Part shown: piece after piece, positions 25,735-35,496 of the stretch
How positions within the stretch are numbered: position 1 is the stretch's first letter
Layout: each line of letters opens with the position of its first letter
From: Hyphomicrobiales bacterium
Lineage (GTDB): Bacteria > Pseudomonadota > Alphaproteobacteria > Rhizobiales > JACESI01
DNA length: 64,000 nucleotides
Assembly: GCA_039964305.1 (NCBI GenBank)
Contig: JBDVXS010000141.1
Coordinates: 2,147-66,146 of the forward strand
Direction: 5' to 3'
The notes under the pieces: model-generated
What the model saw: only the letters and a program-made list of their open reading frames with translations
Told to the model about the DNA's origin: nothing
Database searches by the model: none
Program-made: the position numbers and the translations under genes

Positions 25735-26211
25735 TTACGAGCGCAGAAAGGGCACGTTATCGATCAATGCGATATAGACCGCTTTGAAACGCAATAGAAA
25801 CAGGCCAAGCAGGCAACCGCCACCATTTGCATAGATATCTTCTAGTGAAACAATACGACCTGGCACCATGCCTTGAATAATCTCGCTGCCCACTGCCAAA
25901 ACAATGACACCAAGGACAGGAAACAAAGCGATGTCTCTAATCGCTGTTCCTGAAAAAAACAAAAAGGCGGCGAAAAATGTGCCATGAACCAACTTGTCAT
26001 AAGGATCCACAGCGCCGTGGGGTATTAAAAACCCAAGCGTAAAACCCACCATCAAAACAAGTGTCAAACCCACCATAGACGGTGTGAAAAACACCACATC
26101 ATGTCGGGTCGATGAAAATGGTTGAAGAGTGATTGCCAGCATTTGTTTCATGGCCCCAAATTGCGCTACCAGGCTTAAAGAAGGCTTAAATTGGACGCTC
26201 AAATCACGCAA
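25735..26211 (-). CDS. VanZ-like membrane protein
   Basis: Four hydrophobic helices with the DKLVHGTFF motif typical of the VanZ family. The start may be the internal MKQM at 26148. Confidence 0.45.
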   Translation of the reverse strand: MRDLSVQFKPSLSLVAQFGAMKQMLAITLQPFSSTRHDVVFFTPSMVGLTLVLMVGFTLGFLIPHGAVDPYDKLVHGTFFAAFLFFSGTAIRDIALFPVLGVIVLAVGSEIIQGMVPGRIVSLEDIYANGGGCLLGLFLLRFKAVYIALIDNVPFLRS

Positions 26212-26333
26212 AGCGCCAAATTATGTGTATTGAAGGTGATTTGTATAAAGCTGGATGGGCACCCAAATCTAATGCAACGGACGCAACGCCAATAAAGTGC
26301 GCCCACAGCTTGTATTATGATTGGAGATTTAAA

Positions 26334-26576
26334 ATGAAAAAATTAGCCCTAGCAATTCTATCCCTTAGTGTTCTTGCTGCGCCAGCCACAGCTGAAACCG
26401 TTGGACTCAATGTTGATATTAACGTCTACAAAACAATTGCAGAATTTGCACAAACCAAGAATGGCGGCAGTAATGTGGTTATTGTCACCACAGACCAAGC
26501 AGCTTCTAGTTTCGGCGGCTTCAACCCAAGAAACCCACTACCAAGCACGCTAGAACCCGTTATTCAGTCACGCTAA
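26334..26576 (+). CDS. small secreted hypothetical protein (80 aa)
   Basis: GGAG RBS before the ATG at 26334. Signal peptide MKKLALAILSLSVLAAPATA. The track ORF extends upstream to 26223 without support. Confidence 0.55.
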   Translation: MKKLALAILSLSVLAAPATAETVGLNVDINVYKTIAEFAQTKNGGSNVVIVTTDQAASSFGGFNPRNPLPSTLEPVIQSR

Positions 26577-26596
26577 AGATTTTGACTGCTGTCATT

Positions 26597-26624
26597 AAAA
26601 AGGGCAGCTAAATGCTGCCCTTTT
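26597..26624. terminator. bidirectional rho-independent terminator between the convergent small ORF and pckA
   Basis: AAAAA-GGGCAGC-TAAAT-GCTGCCC-TTTT: a perfect 7-bp GC-rich stem flanked by an A-run and a T-run. Confidence 0.8.
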
Positions 26625-26645
26625 AATAAAGATTATCGGCTAAAT

Positions 26646-28268
26646 TTACTCAGCAGCAAGTACTGACTGAGGCGCTGCAGCGCGAACGTCAGCATTTACA
26701 TGCTCTTCAAATTTGCCAAAGTTCTCAATAAACATAGAAACCAATTTTTCTGCTTGCGCATCATAAGCAGCTGTATCTGCCCATGTGCTACGCGGTGTGA
26801 GGATTGACGTATCAACACCGCTTACTTCCACAGGAACACTGAAGCCAAAATTCGCATCAGTACGGAAATCAGCATCGTTCAAAGAACCATCAAGAGCTGC
26901 CGTCAACAAAGAACGTGTTGCTTTGATTGGCATACGAGACCCTTCACCATAGGCGCCACCAGTCCAACCAGTGTTGACCAACCAGCATGTTACATCATGC
27001 TTAGCAATCAAGGCTTTCAAAAGCTCACCATAAACAGAAGGGTGAAGCGGCATAAAAGGCGCACCGAAGCATGTTGAGAATGTTGCTGTTGGTTCTGTTA
27101 GACCTTTTTCTGTGCCAGCAACTTTCGCTGTGTAGCCAGAGAGGAAGTGATACATGGCTTGTGCAGGTGTTAGACGCGCGATTGGCGGCATAACCCCGAA
27201 AGCGTCAGCTGTTAACATCACAATGTTCTTTGGATGCGGTGCGCGGCCTGTTTCACTTGCGTTTGAAATGAAATCGATTGGGTAGCAACAACGGCCATTC
27301 TCTGTTTTTGAGCTATCAAAGAAATCTGGAACGCGTGTATCGGCATCCAGCATTACGTTTTCTAAGATCGTACCAAAGCGGCTTGTTGTGTCGTAAATTT
27401 CTGGCTCAGCTTCGCGGGTCAAATTGATTGTTTTTGCGTAGCAACCACCTTCAAAGTTGAAGATGCCATCGTCACTCCAACCATGCTCATCATCACCGAT
27501 AAGCGTACGGTTTGGGTCAGCCGATAGAGTGGTTTTACCTGTACCAGAAAGGCCAAAGAAGACAGCCGTTTCACCAGCATCATTTGTGTTTGCTGAACAG
27601 TGCATCGGCATAATGCCTTTGTTTGGTAGCAGATAGTTCAACGCTCCAAACACAGATTTCTTCATTTCGCCGCCATAAGATGTACCGGCAATTAAAACGA
27701 CTTTGCGCGTCAAATCCACAGCAATCACTGTTTCAGTGCGGCAACCATGGCGCTCTGGGTCAGCTTTGAAGCTTGGGATGTCGATAATCGTCATCTCTGG
27801 CACAAAGTCCTCAAGCTCTGAACGATCAGGGCGAACAAGCATGTTGCGGATGAAGAGTGAGTGCCACGCATATTCTGTGAAAACACGAACTGACAAACGG
27901 TTTGCTGGGTCGTTACCACCGTTCAAATCTTGAGCATAAAGCTCCATGCCTTTGGCGTAAGCAAGCATATCTTGCCACAAAACGGAGAACTTATTTGGCT
28001 CCATCGCTTTGTTATTATCCCACCAAACTTTATCTTCGGTGCTTGCATCACGAACAATGAATTTATCCTGCGCGGAGCGGCCTGTATGCTGCCCCGTATC
28101 AACGGCAAGCGCACCGCCCAGAGCCAATTCGCTCTCACGTTTTCTAAGCGACTGCTCATAAAGTTCAGCTGTTGCATAATTCCAATGAATTGTGCCTACA
28201 CCTTCCAACCCCATTTTATCTGCCGCAAAGTCTTTGTTCCAAATGCCGTGCTGAACGCCGATATTCAT
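26646..28268 (-). CDS. pckA: phosphoenolpyruvate carboxykinase (ATP)
   Basis: [13 protein letters not shown] is the kinase-1a P-loop. LIGDDEHGW is also present. 540 aa with typical PckA sequence throughout. Confidence 0.95.
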   Translation of the reverse strand: MNIGVQHGIWNKDFAADKMGLEGVGTIHWNYATAELYEQSLRKRESELALGGALAVDTGQHTGRSAQDKFIVRDASTEDKVWWDNNKAMEPNKFSVLWQDMLAYAKGMELYAQDLNGGNDPANRLSVRVFTEYAWHSLFIRNMLVRPDRSELEDFVPEMTIIDIPSFKADPERHGCRTETVIAVDLTRKVVLIAGTSYGGEMKKSVFGALNYLLPNKGIMPMHCSANTNDAGETAVFFGLSGTGKTTLSADPNRTLIGDDEHGWSDDGIFNFEGGCYAKTINLTREAEPEIYDTTSRFGTILENVMLDADTRVPDFFDSSKTENGRCCYPIDFISNASETGRAPHPKNIVMLTADAFGVMPPIARLTPAQAMYHFLSGYTAKVAGTEKGLTEPTATFSTCFGAPFMPLHPSVYGELLKALIAKHDVTCWLVNTGWTGGAYGEGSRMPIKATRSLLTAALDGSLNDADFRTDANFGFSVPVEVSGVDTSILTPRSTWADTAAYDAQAEKLVSMFIENFGKFEEHVNADVRAAAPQSVLAAE

Positions 28269-29018
28269 ATTTTTGCTCCAAAATCAAAATTAGCTGCGCA
28301 TCATTGTGTGGACGCACAAGCGCCACGCTTTAGGGAAGGTTAGAATATTTGAGAGGCCCTCAAGCAAGCGGGCTACTGCCACATCAGGGGAAGAATGTCG
28401 GCCATTAACATTAAAATATTCAAAATTTGAGGGTGAAATAATGCAGATAAATATAATTTTAGGGTAAAAATAATATCATTGGCCGAACCGAATACTTAAT
28501 TTGGAAAGCGATAAAATAATAAGCTGTTAAGCAATGGCAAAATACGCGCTTGGATATTGAATTAAAAGGCCACAACAACCCAATTCCAGACACAAAAATA
28601 CCCCACGATTTCTCGCTCAGCGTTAAATTATTCCATAAATAAAGACTTTTTGCCTTTGAAATTAAAGGCTAAACCTGAACGCACGAGCACATTGTCTCAA
28701 TTACCTTCATGGAGGCCACAACCACCACCAGCAAGAACAGCTACAGCATCACTATTGCAGATGCTTCCTGAGCCGACCATTCGGAACGAAGTGTAGCGGA
28801 AGTGGATGCATTTAAGGGGCTTGTTGCCAAAAACCAGAGATAACTACTCAACTTGTTGGCAGTTTCGCGATGGCGATAGGGGGGAGTTGCCATACTTTTC
28901 CCATAATTCGACCGACATACCCTATATATAGGTGGAACCTTCTCTCAAGGTTTTGCTATTTGGGACACACATTGGACCTACATTTCGGTCCACCATGATA
29001 AATAACAGGGAAATATCC

Positions 29019-29723
29019 ATGCCAACGATTGCCTTAGTTGATGATGACCGGAATATTTTGACCTCTGTATCCATCGCGCTGGAAGCCGAAGGATATAATG
29101 TTCAAACTTATACTGACGGCAATGCAGCACTTTCTGGTTTTGAACAAGCAGCGCCAGATCTCGCAGTCTTTGATATTAAAATGCCGCGTATGGATGGCAT
29201 GGAATTATTGCGCCGCGTTCGCCAAGCGAGCGAAATGCCAGTGATCTTCCTTACATCTAAAGACGATGAAATTGATGAATTGTTTGGTTTGAAAATGGGC
29301 GCTGATGATTTCATCACCAAACCATTCTCCCAACGCTTGCTTGTTGAACGTGTAAAAACCATTTTGCGCCGCTCTCAGCCAAGAGACCCATCTGCACCGC
29401 CAAAACCGGAAGAAGCAGACACCGTGCTCGATCGTGGTGGGTTGGTTATGGATACAGAGCGTCATACCTGCGCATGGAACGGCCAAAATATCATTTTGAC
29501 TGTCACAGAATTCTTGATTCTACACGCCTTAGCGCAACGTCCAGGCGTTGTGAAAAGCCGAAACGCCCTAATGGACGCCGCCTATGATGACCAAGTCTAC
29601 GTTGATGACCGCACAATCGATAGTCACATCAAGCGGCTGAGAAAAAAGTTTAAAGTTGCTGATGATGATTTTGAGATGATCGAAACGCTTTACGGTGTTG
29701 GCTATCGTTTCAAGGAAGGATAG
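29019..29723 (+). CDS. chvI: OmpR-family response regulator ChvI
   Basis: [14 protein letters not shown] receiver domain with [10 protein letters not shown], and a C-terminal winged-helix ([13 protein letters not shown]...[11 protein letters not shown]). It is divergent from pckA and followed by chvG and hprK, the conserved alphaproteobacterial synteny. An AGGGA RBS precedes the ATG at 29019. Confidence 0.85.
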   Translation: MPTIALVDDDRNILTSVSIALEAEGYNVQTYTDGNAALSGFEQAAPDLAVFDIKMPRMDGMELLRRVRQASEMPVIFLTSKDDEIDELFGLKMGADDFITKPFSQRLLVERVKTILRRSQPRDPSAPPKPEEADTVLDRGGLVMDTERHTCAWNGQNIILTVTEFLILHALAQRPGVVKSRNALMDAAYDDQVYVDDRTIDSHIKRLRKKFKVADDDFEMIETLYGVGYRFKEG

Positions 29724-29799
29724 AACGGCACCGCTATTCAGTGTATTCTGTTTTCAGCCTTTTTATTGAGACTTCACACATAAGGACGATGGACCCTTT

Positions 29800-31671
29800 A
29801 TGGTCGCCGAGTTGGATCAAACAGATGTAACAGACGCTAAGTCCGAAAAGCGCACCCGCTTTTCGAGCTTGTCTCGTTTTCTAACCTCATCTCAACCATC
29901 CGATATCAACACCGAAGATTCGCCAACAGCTGAACCTGTCGCTGCATCGAAGAAGAAGCGAAAAGGGATCATTCAGTCAATCGTTCAATGGATCACCGCG
30001 ACGGCTTTTTCGAGCTTGTTGCGGCAGATCATTGTTTTAAACCTTGTTGCCCTCATCGTTCTTGTTTCCGGTATTCAGCTTTCTAACAAGTTTCGAAAAG
30101 GCTTGATCGAGGCACGGGTTGAAAGTCTTCTCACTCAAGGCAAAATCATAGCGGGTGCGTTATCAGCCTCAGCAAACGTTGAACGCGATGCAATTACCAT
30201 TGATCCTGAAAAGCTACTTGCCCTGCAAGTCGGTGGACCTGATGGGACCATCTTGCCTGAAATTGAAAGCTTGGACTTTCCAATCGACCCACAAAAGGTT
30301 GTGCCCGTTTTACGCCAATTGATTGAGCCTAAAAAACTACGTGCTCGGATTTATGATCGCAGTGGTGAGCTTATTATTGACTCGAAGTTTCTCTATCGGG
30401 GCGGAGATATTTTGCGATTTGACCTACCAAGTATAAACCCTGAGCCAGAACCATTTTGGGATCGTATCGGTAGTTTTCTTCATAACAACCTTCAGCGCTC
30501 AAGCTTTCCAACTTACCAAGAACATGGCGGCAATAATGGGAATAATTATCCCGAAGTAGAGCTTGCCCTTAAGGGGAATAATTCCAGCGTGGTTCGGGTA
30601 CGAGAAGAAGGTGAACTTATTGTCTCTGTTGCTGTTCCCGTCCAACGTTTCCGAGCTGTGCTAGGGTCGCTGCTGCTTTCAACAGAAGGGGACGATATCG
30701 ACAAGGCCGTTCAATCTGAGAGTATGGCAATTTATCGCGTGTTCCTCGTTGCAGCTGCGGTGACAATCATATTGTCAATCGTGCTTTGGGCCATGATTGC
30801 AAGCCCACTTCGACGCCTTGCTAATGCTGCTGACACCGTGCGAACAACTGGCTCCAAAGCACGGCGCACGAAAATTCCTCACTTTGGTGCGCGTTCAGAC
30901 GAAATCGGCGAATTATCAAAATCCATTCGTGACATGACAGACGCACTCTATGGCCGTATCGACGCAATTGGTAATTTTGCCGCTGACGTTTCACATGAAC
31001 TCAAAAACCCCCTCACCTCACTTCGAAGTGCTGTTGAAACAATGCCGCTTGCCAAATCGGAAGAGAACCGTGAGAAACTCCTGAAAATTATCCAACACGA
31101 TGTGCTGCGTTTAGATCGGCTAATTACTGACATCTCTGATGCGTCGAGACTGGATGCAGAGCTTGCTCGAGAACAAGCCGATCCTGTTTCTATCAGAAAA
31201 CTTCTAACCTCTCTCATCTCCTTCACCAATGAAGTACATGGCGAGCAGGTGATCGTTGGGCTCATTTTGCCACCAGAAAAAATGGGGTCGCTTCAAATTG
31301 AAGGTCATGATGGTCGCATTGGGCAAGTGCTCAATAACCTGATTGATAATGCACGGTCCTTTATTCCAAAAGACACTGGCAAAATTATCGTATCTGCAGC
31401 CAAAGATGAACGCGATATTGTTATCAAGGTGGAAGACAACGGGCCGGGCATTGATCCTGCTGCAATCGAACGGATCTTCCGCCGTTTTTATACAGACCGC
31501 CCCGACCACGAAACTTTCGGCGACAATTCAGGACTTGGCCTATCAATCACTCAACAGATTATCGAAGCCCATAATGGTACCATCCACGCTGAAAACATTA
31601 TGACGAAAGATGAAAACGGGAACGAGAGCCGCGCGGGCGCTCGTTTCGTTGTTCGTCTACCAGCAAGCTAA
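29800..31671 (+). CDS. chvG: sensor histidine kinase ChvG/ExoS
   Basis: Two TM segments flank a periplasmic domain. It has a HAMP domain, the H-box SHELKNPLTSL, the N/G boxes NLIDNARSF, DNGPGI and GLGLSI, and sits downstream of chvI. Confidence 0.85.
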   Translation: MVAELDQTDVTDAKSEKRTRFSSLSRFLTSSQPSDINTEDSPTAEPVAASKKKRKGIIQSIVQWITATAFSSLLRQIIVLNLVALIVLVSGIQLSNKFRKGLIEARVESLLTQGKIIAGALSASANVERDAITIDPEKLLALQVGGPDGTILPEIESLDFPIDPQKVVPVLRQLIEPKKLRARIYDRSGELIIDSKFLYRGGDILRFDLPSINPEPEPFWDRIGSFLHNNLQRSSFPTYQEHGGNNGNNYPEVELALKGNNSSVVRVREEGELIVSVAVPVQRFRAVLGSLLLSTEGDDIDKAVQSESMAIYRVFLVAAAVTIILSIVLWAMIASPLRRLANAADTVRTTGSKARRTKIPHFGARSDEIGELSKSIRDMTDALYGRIDAIGNFAADVSHELKNPLTSLRSAVETMPLAKSEENREKLLKIIQHDVLRLDRLITDISDASRLDAELAREQADPVSIRKLLTSLISFTNEVHGEQVIVGLILPPEKMGSLQIEGHDGRIGQVLNNLIDNARSFIPKDTGKIIVSAAKDERDIVIKVEDNGPGIDPAAIERIFRRFYTDRPDHETFGDNSGLGLSITQQIIEAHNGTIHAENIMTKDENGNESRAGARFVVRLPAS

Positions 31672-31682
31672 AACCGACAGCC

Positions 31683-32153
31683 ATGCCAAAAACAATTCAT
31701 GCAACACTTGTTCAAGTATACGGCCAAGGCGTTCTCTTACGTGGTCCGTCTAACAGTGGAAAATCATCCATCGCTCTTCGGCTCATCGATGAAGCTGAGC
31801 TTGCAAGAGCAACTGGCCATTTGGTTGCCGATGATCAGGTTATTATCACATCACATGACAATCACTTGGTCGGAGAAGCACCCGATAATTTATTCGGTCA
31901 AATTGAAATACGGGGCGTCGGTATAATCAACATTGAATCCCGCCGTAACGCCGCAATTGATCTTGTGGTTGACCTCGTGCCCCACCATGACCTTGAACGC
32001 ATGCCCGATGAAAACCTAAATTATGAAACCATCGCCGGTATAAAAGTTCGCAGAATACATATCGCTGAACGTAACCCCGATGCGTCCGTCATTATTAGAA
32101 CCATTCTCAAAACCCTTCCTCAGGATGAAAAAAATCCGATGGGTTTTGCCTAA
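31683..32153 (+). CDS. hprK: HPr kinase/phosphorylase, short alphaproteobacterial form
   Basis: P-loop GPSNSGKSS and EIRGVGII motifs. At 156 aa it lacks the N-terminal domain, as in other alphaproteobacteria. Confidence 0.85.
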   Translation: MPKTIHATLVQVYGQGVLLRGPSNSGKSSIALRLIDEAELARATGHLVADDQVIITSHDNHLVGEAPDNLFGQIEIRGVGIINIESRRNAAIDLVVDLVPHHDLERMPDENLNYETIAGIKVRRIHIAERNPDASVIIRTILKTLPQDEKNPMGFA

Positions 32154-32339
32154 AAACGTGTGATTTTTCTGGGTCAGCGATCCCAACTTCCAAAAAGATT
32201 CCCACACACCGATAGCGTTTGCTGCATATTTTCACATTTTTAGCTTGCTAATTTCAAACTTTGAGCCATTTTATCAAGGCTGCAAATTCAAAAGGCAGCA
32301 ACCAATAATGAATAGCAAGACATCGCGTCGGAGCGCACA

Positions 32340-32741
32340 ATGATCGGTTTGGTCTTAGTGACACATGGAAAGTTAGCGGAAGAATTTCGCTCAGCGCTGG
32401 AACATGTTGTTGGACCACAAGAACACTGCGAAACAGTTTGCATCGAGGCCGACGACAATGTCGAAAAGCGCCACGATGATATTTTGGCTGCGATTAAAAA
32501 AGTTGATAGTGGCCGCGGCGTCATTTTGCTCACAGACATGTTCGGCGGCACACCTTCCAATCTTGCGATCTCCGCGATGGAACCGGGCCGTATCGAAGTC
32601 ATCGCAGGTATCAATCTTCCAATGCTTGTGAAGCTTGCCAGCGTGCGCGTTGAGCAACCGATGGCCAATGTTTTGGTGGAAGCACAAGATTCTGGCCGCA
32701 AATATATTCATGTTGCAAGCCACGTATTGGCAGCAGAATGA
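32340..32741 (+). CDS. manX: PTS EIIA component, mannose family (PTS-Ntr/regulatory type)
   Basis: MIGLVLVTHGKLAEE with the phosphorylatable His in VTHG, and LLTDMFGGTPSN. Its position between hprK and HPr supports the call. Confidence 0.8.
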   Translation: MIGLVLVTHGKLAEEFRSALEHVVGPQEHCETVCIEADDNVEKRHDDILAAIKKVDSGRGVILLTDMFGGTPSNLAISAMEPGRIEVIAGINLPMLVKLASVRVEQPMANVLVEAQDSGRKYIHVASHVLAAE

Positions 32742-32751
32742 CCGCTCTTTA

Positions 32752-33021
32752 ATGATCGAAAAAACACTGACAATTTGTAATATCCGCGGCCTTCATGCTC
32801 GCGCGTCTGCAAAATTTGTAAAGTGTGTGGAAAACCATAATGCCGAAGTCACTGTAAGCCGAGATGGTAGTTCTGTCGGCGGCACTTCTATTATGGGGCT
32901 TATGATGTTGGCCGCTGCTCCCGGCTGCACTATCGATGTTGCCGCAACTGGCACCGATGCAGAAAGCGTCATACAGGCGCTTAGTGATTTAGTCGCGGAC
33001 AAATTTGGTGAAGGCGAATGA
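32752..33021 (+). CDS. ptsH: phosphocarrier protein HPr/NPr
   Basis: MIEKTLTICNIRGLHARASAKF contains the His-15 motif and GTSIMGLMML the Ser-46 region. The ATG at 32752 is preferred over the longer track ORF starting at 32635. Confidence 0.85.
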   Translation: MIEKTLTICNIRGLHARASAKFVKCVENHNAEVTVSRDGSSVGGTSIMGLMMLAAAPGCTIDVAATGTDAESVIQALSDLVADKFGEGE

Positions 33022-33985
33022 CTTTCATAACAACGAAAGACGCGATGTGAGCAAAACAACTGATTTCTTCAATACCGCCTGTGATTTAAGTGATAAAAAT
33101 GGCTTTACTGGCAACACGCTCGACCGTCTGGGCGAGCAGCGCGATACGCTCGATTTCGATACGTTAACACGCCATGACAACGCTCGGTTCCATATTGTGG
33201 TTGGCCATGGCCAGCTCGTAAAATCAACCAAACCATTTGATGCCATCTTTACTTCTCACGACATACAAATTTTAGGCGAAGACATTCGTCAAGCTCATCT
33301 CCTCGGCATAACGAAAAATGGTGAGCCAGAGTTTGCGCTTGGTATTGCACCACGCGAAGAGTTTCCTGACGGTATGGAAGCCATCGATTTGCGCTCTGCT
33401 GCAAGAGGTGGGGTACTACGAGGCCAAGAAATTGGTGCGATTGCCCAAGCACGTTCTTTGGTTGCTTGGCATCGAAACAGTCAGTTCTGCCCAAAATGCG
33501 GGACCAAAACCAAGACAATACAAGCAGGCTATGCACGACGTTGCGAACCATGCGGCATTACGCATTTCCCACGCACGGACCCTGTTTCCATTATGCTTGC
33601 CGTTGACGGCGATCGCTGTCTGCTTGGTCGCAGCCCGCATTTTCCCGAAAACATGGTGTCAGCGCTTGCTGGCTTCATTGAAGTTGGTGAAACTGTTGAG
33701 GAGGCGGTGCGTCGCGAGATTTTAGAAGAGGCGGGCATCACGTGTCGCCGCGTGCGCTATCATTCTAGTCAGCCTTGGCCGTTTCCATCTTCGTTGATGA
33801 TTGGCTGTTTTGCTGAAGCGACGTCAACGGACATCAAGATTGATGATGAGCTAGATCTTTGTCGCTGGTTTACCCGTGATGAAACTCGGGCGATTTTGGA
33901 AAACACCCATCCAGAAGGTTTTTGGGCGCCGCCTGAAACAGCGATCGCCCATCAACTTATGCTTAGTTTTGTAGAAGGTATGTAA
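33005..33985 (+). CDS. nudC: NAD+ diphosphatase (NADH pyrophosphatase, Nudix)
   Basis: Zinc ribbon CPKCGTKT...CEPCG followed by the Nudix box GFIEVGETVEEAVRREILEEAGI and SQPWPFPSSLM. The start is uncertain; the alternative is GTG near 33046. Confidence 0.8.
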   Translation: MVKANDFHNNERRDVSKTTDFFNTACDLSDKNGFTGNTLDRLGEQRDTLDFDTLTRHDNARFHIVVGHGQLVKSTKPFDAIFTSHDIQILGEDIRQAHLLGITKNGEPEFALGIAPREEFPDGMEAIDLRSAARGGVLRGQEIGAIAQARSLVAWHRNSQFCPKCGTKTKTIQAGYARRCEPCGITHFPRTDPVSIMLAVDGDRCLLGRSPHFPENMVSALAGFIEVGETVEEAVRREILEEAGITCRRVRYHSSQPWPFPSSLMIGCFAEATSTDIKIDDELDLCRWFTRDETRAILENTHPEGFWAPPETAIAHQLMLSFVEGM

Positions 33986-34000
33986 GAGAGATTCTCTTAC

Positions 34001-34486
34001 CTACTGACCAGAACCGGCAAATGTGTTGCGCTGCTGAACTTGGGTTTGTACTTGGCCGAAGGATTCAGCAGTATCGCCAAGAGCAAGCGAACGTTCGCAG
34101 CTTGGTGAGCAGCTGTAAGTCACACGATCTGTACGACGATAGACCGTTACAGCGTTTACTGCTTCCCCTCTAACTGTCAAAAGCGTATCGGCGATCGGGT
34201 CACCATCCTTATCCAAAATAATCATATTGGTAACGCCGAAGCTTTTACCTGTAATGATCAATGTGGTGGAATCTTGCACGGTAGCGTCGGCAATACCGGG
34301 ATTGCCGATGATAATCGTTGCGGCCGGTTTTGAGACACGCATAACTTTAGCATGATCGACCGTTACCTCGATTGATTCTGCGGCTTTTGCAAAATCTGAA
34401 ACAAGCGTGGTTGAAACCATTGCACCTGCGCCAACAAGTAATGAGAGCAGTGAAATACGGGCTTTACGAGATAAAATTGACAGCAT
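34001..34486 (-). CDS. secreted protein with a pilus-formation N-terminal (secretin-N-like) domain
   Basis: Signal peptide, then VTVDHAKVMRVSKPAATIIIGNPGIADATVQDSTTLIITGKSFGVTNMIILDKDG, the pattern of the CpaC-N-like pilus formation protein N-terminal region. Confidence 0.55.
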   Translation of the reverse strand: MLSILSRKARISLLSLLVGAGAMVSTTLVSDFAKAAESIEVTVDHAKVMRVSKPAATIIIGNPGIADATVQDSTTLIITGKSFGVTNMIILDKDGDPIADTLLTVRGEAVNAVTVYRRTDRVTYSCSPSCERSLALGDTAESFGQVQTQVQQRNTFAGSGQ

Positions 34487-34695
34487 TTTTTTACGCTTTC
34501 GACATTTGAGTTAAAGCCAAGCTACTCCTTTATGGTAAATGAATGATTGACGCGGAGTGACAAGCGCACCGAAATATCGCTTTTTGGTTACGTCCGTACT
34601 TTGAATGGGACACTTGTTTTACGTTGCGCCAATACCCATCTTCGCCTAGGAACCTTTAGCTTTTATTTGTTTGCTGGGACAATTCGGAATTTTTC

Positions 34696-35496
34696 ATGAC
34701 AACATATGATGTCTATAACTCCAGCGAGGAAATTGTCTCGCTTTGTGTTGAGATTGCTAAAACGGCTATTGATGATCTCGAACATCTGGAAGAAATCTAT
34801 TCTAAGCTTGATCCTATTTTGGATGGTGTAGACCAAGAAACCGTGGACTTGGTTTTAAACAATCATACATTCCAAAAAAACCGTGATCAGCTTCACACCA
34901 AACGCGCCCATTATGAATATGACCGTGAGAAGTTGCTTGCTGACGAAATCATCGCTGAGCACAGTGCGGATATAGCCACCCGTTTTCGAAGCCATGATTG
35001 GTATGACAAGGCATTGGATTTCGAAACGACCGCCCTTGCCCCTTATGAGCTGCAAAATATTTTGTTCGTCGGCTCGGGTCCGTTCCCAACATCGCCGATG
35101 GCCTTTTTACGCAATAATCCAAGTGCCAAGGTTTCCTGCATGGAGCGCTATGAAGCCGCTTGTGTGAAAGCCCGCGCGGTTGCGGATATTTTCGGCATGA
35201 ACGCACTCAACATCATCAATGAAGAAAGCACGGATGTTACCGACTTTTCGAACTATGATTGCGTGATCGTTGGTTTGGTTGTTGGTGCTGTCCAAGAACA
35301 AAAAGCAAAAATCGTCAAACACTTCCTTGATCATGTCCCTGATAAAGCATTGCTATGTTTTCGCACCGCAGATGGTTCTGGCCAGATCATTTATCCAAGC
35401 GTGAATTTAGATCACTTGGCAGGACTAAACTACAAAGTGCTGGAAGGTCCGCCCCATAAGAGCTTTACCCTCGTAATTGTGGAACGCGGTCAATGA
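34696..35496 (+). CDS. nicotianamine synthase-like (NAS/CntL family) SAM-dependent aminocarboxypropyl transferase, paralog 1
   Basis: ILFVGSGPFPTSPMAFL is a variant of the NAS GSGPLPLT motif. YDCVIVGLVVGAVQEQKAKIVKHF, LLCFRTADGSGQIIYPSV and SFTLVIVER follow the NAS pattern (yDvVflAaLvGm..eeK; l..Rsa.G.r.flYP; NSvi.aR). Confidence 0.65.
   Translation: MTTYDVYNSSEEIVSLCVEIAKTAIDDLEHLEEIYSKLDPILDGVDQETVDLVLNNHTFQKNRDQLHTKRAHYEYDREKLLADEIIAEHSADIATRFRSHDWYDKALDFETTALAPYELQNILFVGSGPFPTSPMAFLRNNPSAKVSCMERYEAACVKARAVADIFGMNALNIINEESTDVTDFSNYDCVIVGLVVGAVQEQKAKIVKHFLDHVPDKALLCFRTADGSGQIIYPSVNLDHLAGLNYKVLEGPPHKSFTLVIVERGQ

Noticed and set aside
28700-28770. 20-aa Thr-rich mini-ORF (MEATTTTSKNSYSITIADAS) as a possible leader peptide
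   Set aside because: It has no RBS, no adjacent attenuator structure and no threonine-related downstream gene. It is most likely chance.
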